This document shows positions 42,342 to 52,617 of a DNA stretch of 62,852 bases, in pieces. Within the stretch, counting starts at the first letter, position 1, and the number at the start of each line of letters is the position of its first letter. The notes beneath the pieces were generated by a model that had not been told where the DNA came from, made no database searches, and saw nothing but the letters and a program-made list of their open reading frames with translations. The DNA is taken from contig JBAZGW010000001.1 of the NCBI GenBank assembly GCA_041652635.1, forward strand, positions 1-62,852, read 5' to 3'. Made by a program: the position numbers and the translations under genes. This stretch comes from Candidatus Omnitrophota bacterium. GTDB lineage: Bacteria; Omnitrophota; Gorgyraeia; Gygaellales; Profunditerraquicolaceae.

Positions 42342-43613
42342 TTATGAAACCGCTGGTTTAAAACCAGAGGATACCCGTTTCCCGCCTATACGGACTTTTA
42401 ACATTATAAAGATCACCAGGGCGGCGACCTGGGCAATTGTCGTAAAAACTATCATCAGCTTGACAGAGCGCGTATATAACAATCCCTGTAAGGAAGCGCC
42501 TACCAGCATTGCCAGCCCGTAACTGGTATTGAATATTCCGTACCCAAGCCCTCTTTTTGCCAATGGCGTGATATCGGCTATAGCCGAACGCATTATTGTT
42601 TCATGGACGCCCATAACCACTCCCCAGACGCACATACCGGACAGCGCCACGGCGGAACTACCGGCAAAAGCCATCGCCGGGATCAACGCGGAGAGAAAAG
42701 GAATAAACACAAGCAGTTCCAGGCCCGCGTTAATATTCCCGCGTTTTTTCTTCATAAGATCATAAACCTTGCCGATGGACAATGCGGCGATCCCGTCCAC
42801 GCCCATAGCCAAAGCGTAGAGAAGCGGGATCTGCGTGTCATTGAACATACGGGCCGATTTAAAATGAAAGGAGATAAGCAGGAAATTGGCGAATCCGCAG
42901 GCGGCGAAGAAGATAAACGCGGTATAAAGCCAGAATACCCCGCTCAATTTATCAGAAACGGGATTATCGCTTCGCACGGGTTCGAGCTTATCAGGACGAG
43001 GGAACTTCAAAAAAGCGGATATCAACAAAAACACCACCAGCGCGAATGGGATCCACAATAATGAATACGCGTTCCGGTAAGATTGCGGGCCTGCCGCGCC
43101 TTTTACAGTGAGCGCGAAAAAGACCGTAAAGATCAACGGCCCGCTCAAGGCCCCCAGTTGATCGAGAGCTTCATGCAAGCCGAAGCTTAAACCGGTGCCG
43201 ACCTGCGCCCCTGCCTGGGAAATCAAAGTATCTCTTCCCGGGCTCCTTACCGCTTTCCCGATCCTCTCCATAAGGATCAATACCGCGGCGGTCTGCCAGG
43301 CTCCGGTCAAAGAAAGCAAGGGAACTGACGCGAGCAACCCGTAACCGATAAATACCGAAACCCAGTAAGAACGCGTACGGTCGGATAAATACCCGGTCAA
43401 CAATCTCAAGGCATATCCGATGAATTCTCCGGCGCCGGCGACAAAACCGACTACCGCGGCGTTCGCGGCCAGCACTTCCAGATACGGGCCGTTTACGCTG
43501 CGGGCGCCTTCATAGACGATATCACCGAACAAGCTAACCAGCCCGAGGAAAAGTATCAACCGAAATGCCGAAAGCTTTTTGTCCGGCGCAGGCCGGAATA
43601 ACGCAAAATTCAT
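42342..43613 (-). CDS. MFS transporter
   Basis: 12-TM pattern with the MFS loop motif GYLSDRTRSYW. Start trimmed to MNFALFRP (ATG at 43613). Confidence 0.8.
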   Translation of the reverse strand: MNFALFRPAPDKKLSAFRLILFLGLVSLFGDIVYEGARSVNGPYLEVLAANAAVVGFVAGAGEFIGYALRLLTGYLSDRTRSYWVSVFIGYGLLASVPLLSLTGAWQTAAVLILMERIGKAVRSPGRDTLISQAGAQVGTGLSFGLHEALDQLGALSGPLIFTVFFALTVKGAAGPQSYRNAYSLLWIPFALVVFLLISAFLKFPRPDKLEPVRSDNPVSDKLSGVFWLYTAFIFFAACGFANFLLISFHFKSARMFNDTQIPLLYALAMGVDGIAALSIGKVYDLMKKKRGNINAGLELLVFIPFLSALIPAMAFAGSSAVALSGMCVWGVVMGVHETIMRSAIADITPLAKRGLGYGIFNTSYGLAMLVGASLQGLLYTRSVKLMIVFTTIAQVAALVIFIMLKVRIGGKRVSSGFKPAVS

Positions 43614-43696
43614 TTTATCCCCGTTTAAGGATGCCTTATCCGCGCATTGCCGGGATAAAACAAACCATCTCCGGCAGAACAACAACAAAGAAACAA

Positions 43697-43933
43697 CTAT
43701 TTCATACTTTGAATGGCTTCCTGAATAAACGGAAGTATACCCTCAACTTCTTCCACGGAAAGTCTGCCGAGCTTGGTAAAACGCAAGTTGCCTTCTTTAT
43801 CGCCGTTTTCCCGCGTAATCTGCAGTTTCTTGACGCCTTTATTATAGGAAAACACGCTGACAGTCACCCTTCCATTCGCCCCGTCAAGGGATTTGGAAAA
43901 TATCTTTTCATCCAGACTGCTGTCGTACGGCAT
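43697..43933 (-). CDS. PC4/YdbC-like small ssDNA-binding-fold protein
   Basis: 78 aa. ...VSVFSYNKGVKKLQITRENGDKEGNLRFTKLGRLSVEEVEGILPFIQEA resembles bacterial YdbC/PC4 family proteins. Confidence 0.5.
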   Translation of the reverse strand: MPYDSSLDEKIFSKSLDGANGRVTVSVFSYNKGVKKLQITRENGDKEGNLRFTKLGRLSVEEVEGILPFIQEAIQSMK

Positions 43934-43954
43934 ATCGCAACCTCCTTAAATGAA

Positions 43955-44245
43955 GCCACAACTTACGGAACCACAGTGAACGTAAGTTGTCTGGCTGAAT
44001 TTAATCCCGCAACTGCGGGATTTTTCCTTATTTTTATGTGAACGTAAGTTATAGTCCCGACACTTCGGAACGTCCGCGAATTTAACCCCGCACATGCGGG
44101 GTCTTCCTTATATCCGGAAACACAACTTATACCGTTCGTTATACGTCAGTGGAATATTGTTGATATTCCAATAGACAACTCCCGGTATGGTTCACGGAAC
44201 CACAGTGAACGTAAGTTGTCTGGCTGAATTTAATCCCGACGCTTC
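43955..44245. repeat. array of three related hairpin-ending modules (two outer copies share a perfect 45-bp repeat)
   Basis: 43955-43999 and 44184-44228 are identical (acggaaccacagtgaacgtaagttgtctggctgaatttaatcccg). A diverged middle unit starts at 44028 (gtgaacgtaagtt...gaatttaacccc). Each unit ends in a hairpin: cccgc-aact-gcggg, ccccgc-acat-gcgggg, cccga-cgct-tcggg. Confidence 0.85.
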
Positions 44246-44263
44246 GGGATTATTATTTATACT

Positions 44264-46750
44264 CTACCGTTTCTCGCAAGGTACTTTCCAGATATCCATA
44301 GCGTATTCTTCAATAGTCCTGTCGCTTGAAAATTTCCCGGAACGCGCCACGTTGATCATGGATCTCTGCGTCCAGGATTTTTTGTCCAGATACGCCTGGG
44401 ACACGGCATCCTGTGTCTTGCAATAAGCTTCGAAATCGGCGCAGACCAGAAAAGGATCGTTATTCATTAAGCTCTGCACCAACGGTTCGAATGTCCCCGG
44501 TTCCGAGGGAGAAAAGAAATCGGAACGCACCAGCTTAAGTATCTCTTTAAGCGAGGGAGAATGGGAAATATAATCCTGCGGATTATAACCTCCGGCACGG
44601 ATCTTATTGATCTCAGCCGACTGCAGGCCGAAAATAAAAATATTCTCCCCGCCCAGGGCTTCCGCTATCTCAACGTTGGCCCCGTCAAGCGTACCAATGG
44701 TCAAAGCTCCGTTGACCATGAATTTCATACACCCGGTGCCGGAGGCTTCAGTGCCGGCCGTCGAGATCTGCTCCGAGAGATCGCTGGCCGGAAAAATCCT
44801 CTCTGCCAGGGAAACTCCGTAATTCTCCAAAAATATCACTTTTAAGGTGTCTTCCATGTCCCTGTCCTTATTTATAACTGCCGCCACGCTATTTATGAAC
44901 CTGATGATCAATTTCGCCATAAAATATCCCGGCGCGGCTTTCCCGCTGAAAAGGAACGTCCTGGGCAGGACGAACTTATCCCTGCCCTTTTTAAGATTCA
45001 AATACTGCGAAATGATATAAAGGCAAAACAACACCTGGCGTTTATATTCATGGATACGCTTAACCTGGACATCAAACAGGGAATCCGGATCAATGATCAC
45101 TCCCGTACTCTTGCGCACGTGGTCGGCAAGCAGCCTTTTGTTCTGCGATTTTACTTCCTGCCACTTTCTGCGGAAGGCGGTATCCGCGGTAAATGCCTCC
45201 AGTTTCTTAAGTTCATAGAGATTGGTCAGCCATTTCTTTCCAATGGCGTCGCTGATCAACGCGGACAAACCTGGATTGGATTTTTTAAGCCAGCGCCGCT
45301 GAGTGATACCGTTAGTCTTATTGTTGAATTTCTCCGGAAAAAATTCGAAAAAATCAGGAAAAAGCTGTTTCTTCAGAATATCCGTATGCAGGAGAGAAAC
45401 CCCGTTCACCGAATGGCTGCCGACAATACAAAGATAGGACATCCGCACGCGCTTGCCTTCCGACTCTTCTATCAAAGACATCCTGGACAGACGTTGCGGT
45501 TCGGACGGGAAACGCGCCGCTATCTGGCGCAAAAAACGCGAGTTTATCTCGTAAATGATCTGCATATGCCGCGGCAAGAGGTTTTCCAGTAAAGAGACCT
45601 GCCAGCACTCCATGGCTTCCGGCATCACCGTGTGATTGGTATACGCGAAAGTCCTGACGGTAATATCCCAGGCTGACTCCCATTCCAGGCGTTCTTCGTC
45701 TATCAGTATACGCATAAATTCCACCAGCGCCAGCGCCGGATGAGTATCATTAAGCTGAATGACAACCTTATCCGGTAAAGTCCGGAAATCGGTATTCTCC
45801 ACTTTAAAACGCCGGATAATATCGGAAATGGACGCGGCGGTAAAGAAATATTCCTGTTTAAGCCTGAGCAATCTCCCCTGGCTCACGCCGTCATTGGGAT
45901 AAAGCACCTTTGAGATATTCTCGGAAAAAAGCTTGCTGTAAACGGCTTTCTCATAGTCGCCGTCGTTAAAATACCCCAGATCGAATTCTTCGGTGCCGCG
46001 CGCCGACCAGAGCCGCAGGGTATTTACCAAATCATTTTCGAAGCCGGGTATCGGGATATCATACGGCATCGCCAGGACATCCTGAGTATCTCTCCATTCC
46101 ACCCGCAAATGGCCGTCCTTGTCATACGACATAAAGGTACTGCCGTAAAACTTGATCTTAACCGTGTACTCCGGCCTGGCTATCTCCCAGGGATTACCGT
46201 GTTTCAGCCACTCGTCCGGTAACTCCACCTGGCATCCACCGACTATGCGCTGTTTGAATATACCGTAATCGTACCTTATCCCGTAACCGTGCGCGGGAAT
46301 GCCGAGCGTGGCCATGGAATCGAGAAAACAGGCGGCCAATCTTCCCAAACCTCCGTTGCCCAGGCCGGCGTCTTTTTCCTGGTCTATAATATCCTCGAAA
46401 CTCATTCCCATATCTTTAAGAGTCCCCTGCGCCTCTTTCTGCATACCCAGATTGATAATATTATCCGACAACAGGCGGCCCGGCAGGAATTCCATAGAAA
46501 GATAGTAAACGCGTTTAAGGTTTTTCTTATGGTAATGCTGTTGGGTGATTATCCAGCGTTCTACCAGCCGATCGCGTATGGCGATAGCCATGGCCATAAA
46601 GTTATCATAGGAAGTAGCCGTGTATTTATCTTTTGCCAGAGTATATTGACGGTTATTCCGGAAGGAAATCTTCAACGCTTCCTTGCTCATACCCTTGAAT
46701 ATGGGATCCCATTTCTTTGGCGCGCGTTTCTTCTTCGACTTACTGGGCAT
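44264..46750 (-). CDS. glgP: glycogen/alpha-glucan phosphorylase
   Basis: 828 aa with the PLP-site region EQISTAGTEASGTGCMKFMVNGALTIGTLDGANVE and N-terminal GLGNGGLGRLAACFLDS. Confidence 0.95.
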   Translation of the reverse strand: MPSKSKKKRAPKKWDPIFKGMSKEALKISFRNNRQYTLAKDKYTATSYDNFMAMAIAIRDRLVERWIITQQHYHKKNLKRVYYLSMEFLPGRLLSDNIINLGMQKEAQGTLKDMGMSFEDIIDQEKDAGLGNGGLGRLAACFLDSMATLGIPAHGYGIRYDYGIFKQRIVGGCQVELPDEWLKHGNPWEIARPEYTVKIKFYGSTFMSYDKDGHLRVEWRDTQDVLAMPYDIPIPGFENDLVNTLRLWSARGTEEFDLGYFNDGDYEKAVYSKLFSENISKVLYPNDGVSQGRLLRLKQEYFFTAASISDIIRRFKVENTDFRTLPDKVVIQLNDTHPALALVEFMRILIDEERLEWESAWDITVRTFAYTNHTVMPEAMECWQVSLLENLLPRHMQIIYEINSRFLRQIAARFPSEPQRLSRMSLIEESEGKRVRMSYLCIVGSHSVNGVSLLHTDILKKQLFPDFFEFFPEKFNNKTNGITQRRWLKKSNPGLSALISDAIGKKWLTNLYELKKLEAFTADTAFRRKWQEVKSQNKRLLADHVRKSTGVIIDPDSLFDVQVKRIHEYKRQVLFCLYIISQYLNLKKGRDKFVLPRTFLFSGKAAPGYFMAKLIIRFINSVAAVINKDRDMEDTLKVIFLENYGVSLAERIFPASDLSEQISTAGTEASGTGCMKFMVNGALTIGTLDGANVEIAEALGGENIFIFGLQSAEINKIRAGGYNPQDYISHSPSLKEILKLVRSDFFSPSEPGTFEPLVQSLMNNDPFLVCADFEAYCKTQDAVSQAYLDKKSWTQRSMINVARSGKFSSDRTIEEYAMDIWKVPCEKR

Positions 46751-46900
46751 CTAAACCTCCAAAAATGAATTCGTATTTACGTCTCTCATGCTTCAGGCTT
46801 CTTCCCTCTTAACTGTGATTTATTCTTGCAGTTGCGTCCCTCGCGCTTCATGCCTCGTGCTTCGTCTTTTTTCCCAGTACCCTGTTCTTTCTATATGTAA

Positions 46901-47383
46901 TTATATCTCCTTAAAAAGCGCTTCGGCGGCTGCCGAGTTCTGCACGATAACCACCTGGCAGGGAGATTCACGGAATATCTGTTCTCCCGGATCGTAGAAA
47001 ATCTCTTTTCTGGACTCCAGCTCTCTGATCTTTCCCATAACCAGCAGATCCGCGCCGATCTCGGCGGCCTTATCCACTACCATACGGTGGATCGCTCCCG
47101 ACAAAAGGAACGGCTCAAATGGGACGGATTTTGATTCCGCCATACGCCCGATACGCTCAAGCAGTATCTTCCCCTGATCTTTCAACTCTTTTTCGTATTC
47201 GCGCGCCTCGATCTCCACAAAAACGCGGTTACGCAAAAGTTCCGTCACGCTGCGCTCATCCACCACGTAAATACCCGCGACCCTTGCCCCGATGATCTTA
47301 GCCAGGCAAATCGCGTATTTCGCGGTCGGCACGGCGGCCGGCGTACCGGCGGCAACTGCTAAAGCTATTGTCTTTATAGACAT
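46901..47383 (-). CDS. universal stress protein (UspA family)
   Basis: 160 aa. ...GADLLVMGK..... and the C-terminal ...PCQVVIV pattern of Usp ATP-binding proteins. Confidence 0.75.
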   Translation of the reverse strand: MSIKTIALAVAAGTPAAVPTAKYAICLAKIIGARVAGIYVVDERSVTELLRNRVFVEIEAREYEKELKDQGKILLERIGRMAESKSVPFEPFLLSGAIHRMVVDKAAEIGADLLVMGKIRELESRKEIFYDPGEQIFRESPCQVVIVQNSAAAEALFKEI

Positions 47384-47414
47384 TTCTCCCCCTGAACATT
47401 CATTTTTTAACGCG

Positions 47415-48032
47415 TTAATGCGCCAGGTTCTTTTTTATGATCTTCAGCATCGAGAAAGCGTCCCTGGACTCCTCATCGAGCCTGTCGTTTATATACTTAA
47501 CGCCTTCACTGTAATAAGGCAAATATATCTTTTCCAGGGCATTAACCTTGCGGATCGTTTTCTTTACTTCCTTGGCCAGGCGCAGAACAGCTATCTTTTT
47601 TTCCGCCAGAGCCGCCAGTATCTCCACAAAAGAAGAGAACCTGGCCATTGTTTCATCTATGTAAAAACTCGCGCCCGGACAGCTGAAATAAGGCGCATTC
47701 TGTTTCACTTTAGCCTCTATCACCGGAATGCTCACACCCATTACGCGGCGCTGCGAAATATGTATGGTGTGTTCCATTTCCACGGAAAGGCTTAATTCCG
47801 CCACTTTCCTGCGTCCCATAGCCACCATGGCCTGCTCCAGCGCGGCATATCCCAAACGCAGGCTTTCATACGCCTGACGCTGCAGGCGCTCCATTACGCG
47901 GACAAGGGAAGTAAGCTCGTTAATCAATATCCTGCGCTTCTCGTCCAGCAACTCATACCCTTCCCGGGTGAGCTCCAGGCTCTTGCGCATCTTCAACAGA
48001 TTGGTTTTGGTCGCCGCTACATTTACTCTCAT
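47415..48032 (-). CDS. atpD: V/A-type ATP synthase subunit D
   Basis: 205 aa. [33 protein letters not shown]... is the characteristic subunit-D N-terminus. It overlaps subunit B by 4 nt. Confidence 0.9.
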   Translation of the reverse strand: MRVNVAATKTNLLKMRKSLELTREGYELLDEKRRILINELTSLVRVMERLQRQAYESLRLGYAALEQAMVAMGRRKVAELSLSVEMEHTIHISQRRVMGVSIPVIEAKVKQNAPYFSCPGASFYIDETMARFSSFVEILAALAEKKIAVLRLAKEVKKTIRKVNALEKIYLPYYSEGVKYINDRLDEESRDAFSMLKIIKKNLAH

Positions 48033-49408
48033 TTTTTAACGTAGTATTTTTCTATGTATTCTTCGCGTATGCGCAGAAGTTCTTCTTTCGGCAGCATAGA
48101 AAGCACTTCCCACCCCAGGGACAGGCCGTCTTCCAGCGTCCTTCTCTCGTCATACTTCTGAGAAAGAAAACGGCGTTCGAAGGCATCCCCGAATTCAAGA
48201 TAAAGTTTGTCCAACGGAGACAGCTCTTCTTCGCCGATAATGGCGGCGAGGGCGCGGATATCCTTGACCTTTGCATAACAGGAAAAAAGCTGAGAAGCCA
48301 CAGCGGGATGATCTTCCCTGGTCATTCCTTCCCCTATATTGTCCTTCATCAACCTGGAAAGGGACGGCAACCCGGCTATTGGAGGATAGATACCGCGGCT
48401 GAACATTTCGCGTTCCAACACGATCTGCCCCTCTGTTATATATCCGGTCAGATCCGGGATCGGATGCGTGATATCGTCGTTAGGCATAGTCAATATCGGC
48501 AGCTGGGTAATGGACCCATCGACACCCTTGATCATCCCGGCCCGTTCATATAAGCTGGCCAGATCGCTGTAAAGATATCCCGGGTAGCCTTTCCTGGCGG
48601 GAATTTCGCCCCGGATAGTGGATAACTCTCTTAACGCTTCGCAGTAATTGGCCATATCCGTCATAATTACCAGTACGTGCATATTCTTCCTGAACGCCAG
48701 GTATTCCGCGCAGCTCAACGCCAGGCGCGGAGTGGTAATTCGCTCGATCGACGGGCTGTCCGCAAGACTTAAGAACATCGTGACCTTTTCCAGGACGCCG
48801 CTATCCTCGAAGCTTTTCAGGAAGAACCTGGCCGTGTCGTATTTTACGCCCATAGCGGCGAAAACCACGCAAAAACTTTCGTTATTTACGCGTGCCTGAC
48901 GGGCTATCTGAGCGGCGATAAGATCATGCGGCATGCCGCTGCCGGAAAAGATCGGCAGTTTCTGCCCGCGCACCAGTGTATTCATGACGTCAATGGCGGA
49001 AATACCGGTCTCGATGATATTCTTCGGATAATCGCGGGCGGTCGGATTAATGGCCAAGCCGTTAACGTCCAGCATCTCCTCCGCCGCCGGCTTGGGCATC
49101 CCGTCCAGAGGATCCCCCCTGCCGTCAAACACCCTGCCGAGCATTTCTTCGGAAACACCGAGCATCAACGGTTTTTCCCTGAACCTGACCCGGCTGTTGC
49201 GCATAGACAGGCCGCTGGTCCCCCCAAGCACTTCGACGACCGCGTATCCTTTGCCTACTTCCAGGGTAACGCCGGACCTGACCTTACCGCTTTCATCCTC
49301 GATTTCAACCACTTCATTATAACCGACATTATGGATGTTACGGATTATGAATATCGGCCCGACTATCTCCGCCAATCCAACGTATTCCCTTAAAACATAT
49401 TGTCCCAT
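48029..49408 (-). CDS. atpB: V/A-type ATP synthase subunit B
   Basis: 459 aa. The non-catalytic B-subunit pattern is present (...[15 protein letters not shown]..., ...[22 protein letters not shown]...). Confidence 0.95.
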   Translation of the reverse strand: MGQYVLREYVGLAEIVGPIFIIRNIHNVGYNEVVEIEDESGKVRSGVTLEVGKGYAVVEVLGGTSGLSMRNSRVRFREKPLMLGVSEEMLGRVFDGRGDPLDGMPKPAAEEMLDVNGLAINPTARDYPKNIIETGISAIDVMNTLVRGQKLPIFSGSGMPHDLIAAQIARQARVNNESFCVVFAAMGVKYDTARFFLKSFEDSGVLEKVTMFLSLADSPSIERITTPRLALSCAEYLAFRKNMHVLVIMTDMANYCEALRELSTIRGEIPARKGYPGYLYSDLASLYERAGMIKGVDGSITQLPILTMPNDDITHPIPDLTGYITEGQIVLEREMFSRGIYPPIAGLPSLSRLMKDNIGEGMTREDHPAVASQLFSCYAKVKDIRALAAIIGEEELSPLDKLYLEFGDAFERRFLSQKYDERRTLEDGLSLGWEVLSMLPKEELLRIREEYIEKYYVKK

Positions 49409-49409
49409 T

Positions 49410-51167
49410 TTAAAACTCCAGTTCTTTCACGCTCTCCGCGATCTCGGAAGAAAGATCGGCGAGTTTATCCAGATCATCCTCGGTATAACGAAGCTTCATC
49501 CTGATCACGTCCTGGTAAACCCCGAGGCCTTTAAGCTCCGCGAGTGTCACTCCCTTTTGCAGTAATTTCTCGGAAATATGGTAAAAGTCCACTATGGTCT
49601 TGAGCATCAGGAACTGCTTCCTGGCCGAGGAATAAGTATCGACCTTATCGAAGGCGGACTGCTGCAGGAAAGTGTTCTTGAAAATATGGCAGACTTCCAG
49701 TACCAACCTCTGCGTCTGCGGCAGGACATCCGGCCCGACCAGCTTGACCACCTGCTGCAGCTTCTGTTCTTTTTGAAGCAACTCCATAATAAAATAACGC
49801 AGAGAAAGCCAATCCTTATCTATATTGTCGTGCCACCAGTCCTTTATTTCATCCAAGTATTCCGAATAACTGTCTATCCAGCTTATGGAAGGGTAATGCC
49901 TGGCATTAGCCAGGTCCCTGTCCAACGCCCAAAAACAACGGACGAACCTTTTAGTGTGAGAAGTCACCGGCTCTGAGAAATCTCCACCCTGAGGAGAAAC
50001 AGAGGCGATAATAGTGATCGAGCCTTCCCTCTTATCCAGCGAATGCACCTTTCCCGCTCTCTCATAGAATTCCGCCAGCCGGGAAGGCAGATACGCCGGG
50101 AACCCTTCCTCAAGAGGCATTTCCTCAAGGCGGCCGGACAATTCGCGCAAAGCCTCCGCCCAGCGGGAAGTAGAATCCGCCATCAAAGCCACATTATATC
50201 CCATATCACGGTAATACTCGGCCATGGTTATCCCGGTATAAATGCTGGCTTCCCTGGCCGCCACCGGCATATTGGAAGTATTAGCGATGAATATTGTCCT
50301 CTCGGAAAGCGGTTTTTGCGTGCGGGGATCCACCAATTTGGCGAAATTAAGCAGCACGTCGGTCATCTCATTACCCCTCTCGCCGCACCCCACGAAGATC
50401 ACCACTTCGGCGTCGCTCCACTTTGCCAGCTGGTGCTGAACCACGGTCTTGCCGGTGCCGAACCCTCCGGGCACCGCCACGCAGCCTCCTTTAGCTACCG
50501 GGAAAAGAGTATCTATGACGCGCTGCCCGGTTATCAACGGGCTGTCCAAATTCAAGCGTTCAAGATAAGGCCTGGCCTTTCTTACCGGCCAGCGCTGCAG
50601 CATGAAAACATCCTCCTGCCGGCCTTCTTTTTCCACCACGGCTATCTTATCCTCAAGGGAATAATCACCCTCGCCGCATATCCAAACCAGTCTGCCGGAT
50701 GTTTCCGGCATCAGCATTATCCTGTGTCGTATCAATGACGTTTCCTGAACTTCTCCCAGGCAGCTCCCCGCAGGCAGTTCTTCTCCGGCGCCGCGGCTGG
50801 GAACAAAATGCCAGCGTTTTTGCCTGTCCAACGCGGAAACCCTCACGCCCCTGCCGATGTAAAAGCCTTCCTTCTGACGGATCATCTCCAGAGGCCGCTG
50901 TATCCCGTCGTAGATATTACCCAGCAGGCCGGGGCCCAATTCCACGTAAAGAGGGAATCCCTGGGTATATACCGGATCACCCGCTTTAACGGAAGTAGTA
51001 TCTTCATAAACCTGAACAAAAGCCCTGTCTCCCTTTAAACGCATTACTTCACCGACAAGACGATACTCACCGACCTCCACCATATCCAGCATGCGCAGGG
51101 ACGAAACACCTTCGATCTCCACAACCGGGCCGACCACCCTAAAAACCTTACCGGCGACCTTTTCCAT
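49410..51167 (-). CDS. atpA: V/A-type ATP synthase catalytic subunit A
   Basis: 585 aa with Walker [21 protein letters not shown] and ...[13 protein letters not shown]... typical of A subunits. Confidence 0.95.
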   Translation of the reverse strand: MEKVAGKVFRVVGPVVEIEGVSSLRMLDMVEVGEYRLVGEVMRLKGDRAFVQVYEDTTSVKAGDPVYTQGFPLYVELGPGLLGNIYDGIQRPLEMIRQKEGFYIGRGVRVSALDRQKRWHFVPSRGAGEELPAGSCLGEVQETSLIRHRIMLMPETSGRLVWICGEGDYSLEDKIAVVEKEGRQEDVFMLQRWPVRKARPYLERLNLDSPLITGQRVIDTLFPVAKGGCVAVPGGFGTGKTVVQHQLAKWSDAEVVIFVGCGERGNEMTDVLLNFAKLVDPRTQKPLSERTIFIANTSNMPVAAREASIYTGITMAEYYRDMGYNVALMADSTSRWAEALRELSGRLEEMPLEEGFPAYLPSRLAEFYERAGKVHSLDKREGSITIIASVSPQGGDFSEPVTSHTKRFVRCFWALDRDLANARHYPSISWIDSYSEYLDEIKDWWHDNIDKDWLSLRYFIMELLQKEQKLQQVVKLVGPDVLPQTQRLVLEVCHIFKNTFLQQSAFDKVDTYSSARKQFLMLKTIVDFYHISEKLLQKGVTLAELKGLGVYQDVIRMKLRYTEDDLDKLADLSSEIAESVKELEF

Positions 51168-51168
51168 C

Positions 51169-51822
51169 TTAAAACATCTCCTTCACTGTTTTTCCGTAAA
51201 ATTCCTCGTAGCGCCGCTGCAATAACGAAGAAAATCTCCCGTCGAATAAGCGGTTTCCGTTCTCCGTGCGCACTATCACCCCTATGTCGCGGAATTCTCC
51301 CGCCAAAAAAGTCAAAACGACATTTCCCGCGGCAGCGGCGATACACGCGGATTGCATTTCAGCGCGGAATCCCGCGCTGAACAAACCCTCATCTTCCGGA
51401 GAAAAAACTACGCAAAGAGATACGTCTTCCAATAAACGCGCGGCCTCAAGTATCATCTTCTTCAAAAAAAACGCGTACTCCCCGCTTCCCCTGTAGGATT
51501 CCGCGGCCTCATTAACGGCCTTGAAAACCGCCGCGGCGATCCTGCCCCGTTGTTCAAGAAACGCCCTTTTCTTCTCCAGGTTAGCGGAGGCATTGATCCT
51601 CTCGCATAAAAGCGCGGCTTCCTGTTCCGCGCGCTTCAAGACAATATCCGCCTGTTTCCGCGCCTCGACGCGCGCCTGCGACAAGATAGTTTCAGCCTCT
51701 TTTTCCGCTCGGCCGAGGATCTCGGCGCTTTCCGATTCGGCATTGTCCTTAAGCTTTTTGCAGATAATATCGGCGTTCTCGCCCGTGATCCGTGCCTTAT
51801 CCAACATCTCCATAATAGCCAT
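51169..51822 (-). CDS. atpE: V/A-type ATP synthase subunit E
   Basis: 217 aa with an N-terminal long charged helix (AEKEAETILSQARVEARKQADIVLKRAEQEA) and a globular C-terminal domain, positioned directly before subunit A. Confidence 0.75.
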   Translation of the reverse strand: MAIMEMLDKARITGENADIICKKLKDNAESESAEILGRAEKEAETILSQARVEARKQADIVLKRAEQEAALLCERINASANLEKKRAFLEQRGRIAAAVFKAVNEAAESYRGSGEYAFFLKKMILEAARLLEDVSLCVVFSPEDEGLFSAGFRAEMQSACIAAAAGNVVLTFLAGEFRDIGVIVRTENGNRLFDGRFSSLLQRRYEEFYGKTVKEMF

Positions 51823-51824
51823 CC

Positions 51825-52127
51825 TTAAATGCTCATGCCTATGGCGCCTTTAAGCAGCTCGTCCGCGGTCTCTCCGCCGGACTTATCCCCTAAAGAAGGC
51901 ACCTCCAGAATAAGAGGCAATTCCTGGGTATATATCAGCTCATTGATCTTTTCACGCATTAAATCGGCGGCTTTACGGGTAACCACCAGAATACCCACTC
52001 CTTCACCGGCAAACGCCACTTTCAACGCCGCGTCCGCTTCTTTTCCCGTGCGAACTTCGATCGTTTCAATACCGGCAAGCCTGAACCCCAGGCTGCTATC
52101 GCTATCCGCCACGCAAAATAATCGCAT
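51825..52127 (-). CDS. atpF: V/A-type ATP synthase subunit F
   Basis: 100 aa. MRLFCVADSDSSLGFRLAGIE... matches the subunit-F pattern (iaViGD.d...GFrLaG). Confidence 0.8.
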   Translation of the reverse strand: MRLFCVADSDSSLGFRLAGIETIEVRTGKEADAALKVAFAGEGVGILVVTRKAADLMREKINELIYTQELPLILEVPSLGDKSGGETADELLKGAIGMSI

Positions 52128-52133
52128 AGCGCG

Positions 52134-52529
<396 letters not shown>

Positions 52530-52617
52530 TTAATATATATTACCTCATTCACACCAGCACACTCCTGTCTTCCGATATGACAGGGTGCGGACTTATCCCT
52601 TCCCCTGCATTCCTCCG

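Noticed and set aside
43955-44245. A CRISPR array as an explanation for the 45-bp perfect repeats.
   Set aside because: There are only two identical copies plus one diverged unit, the spacing is irregular (about 28 nt and 86 nt between units), each unit has its own hairpin/T-tract, and no cas genes are in the window.
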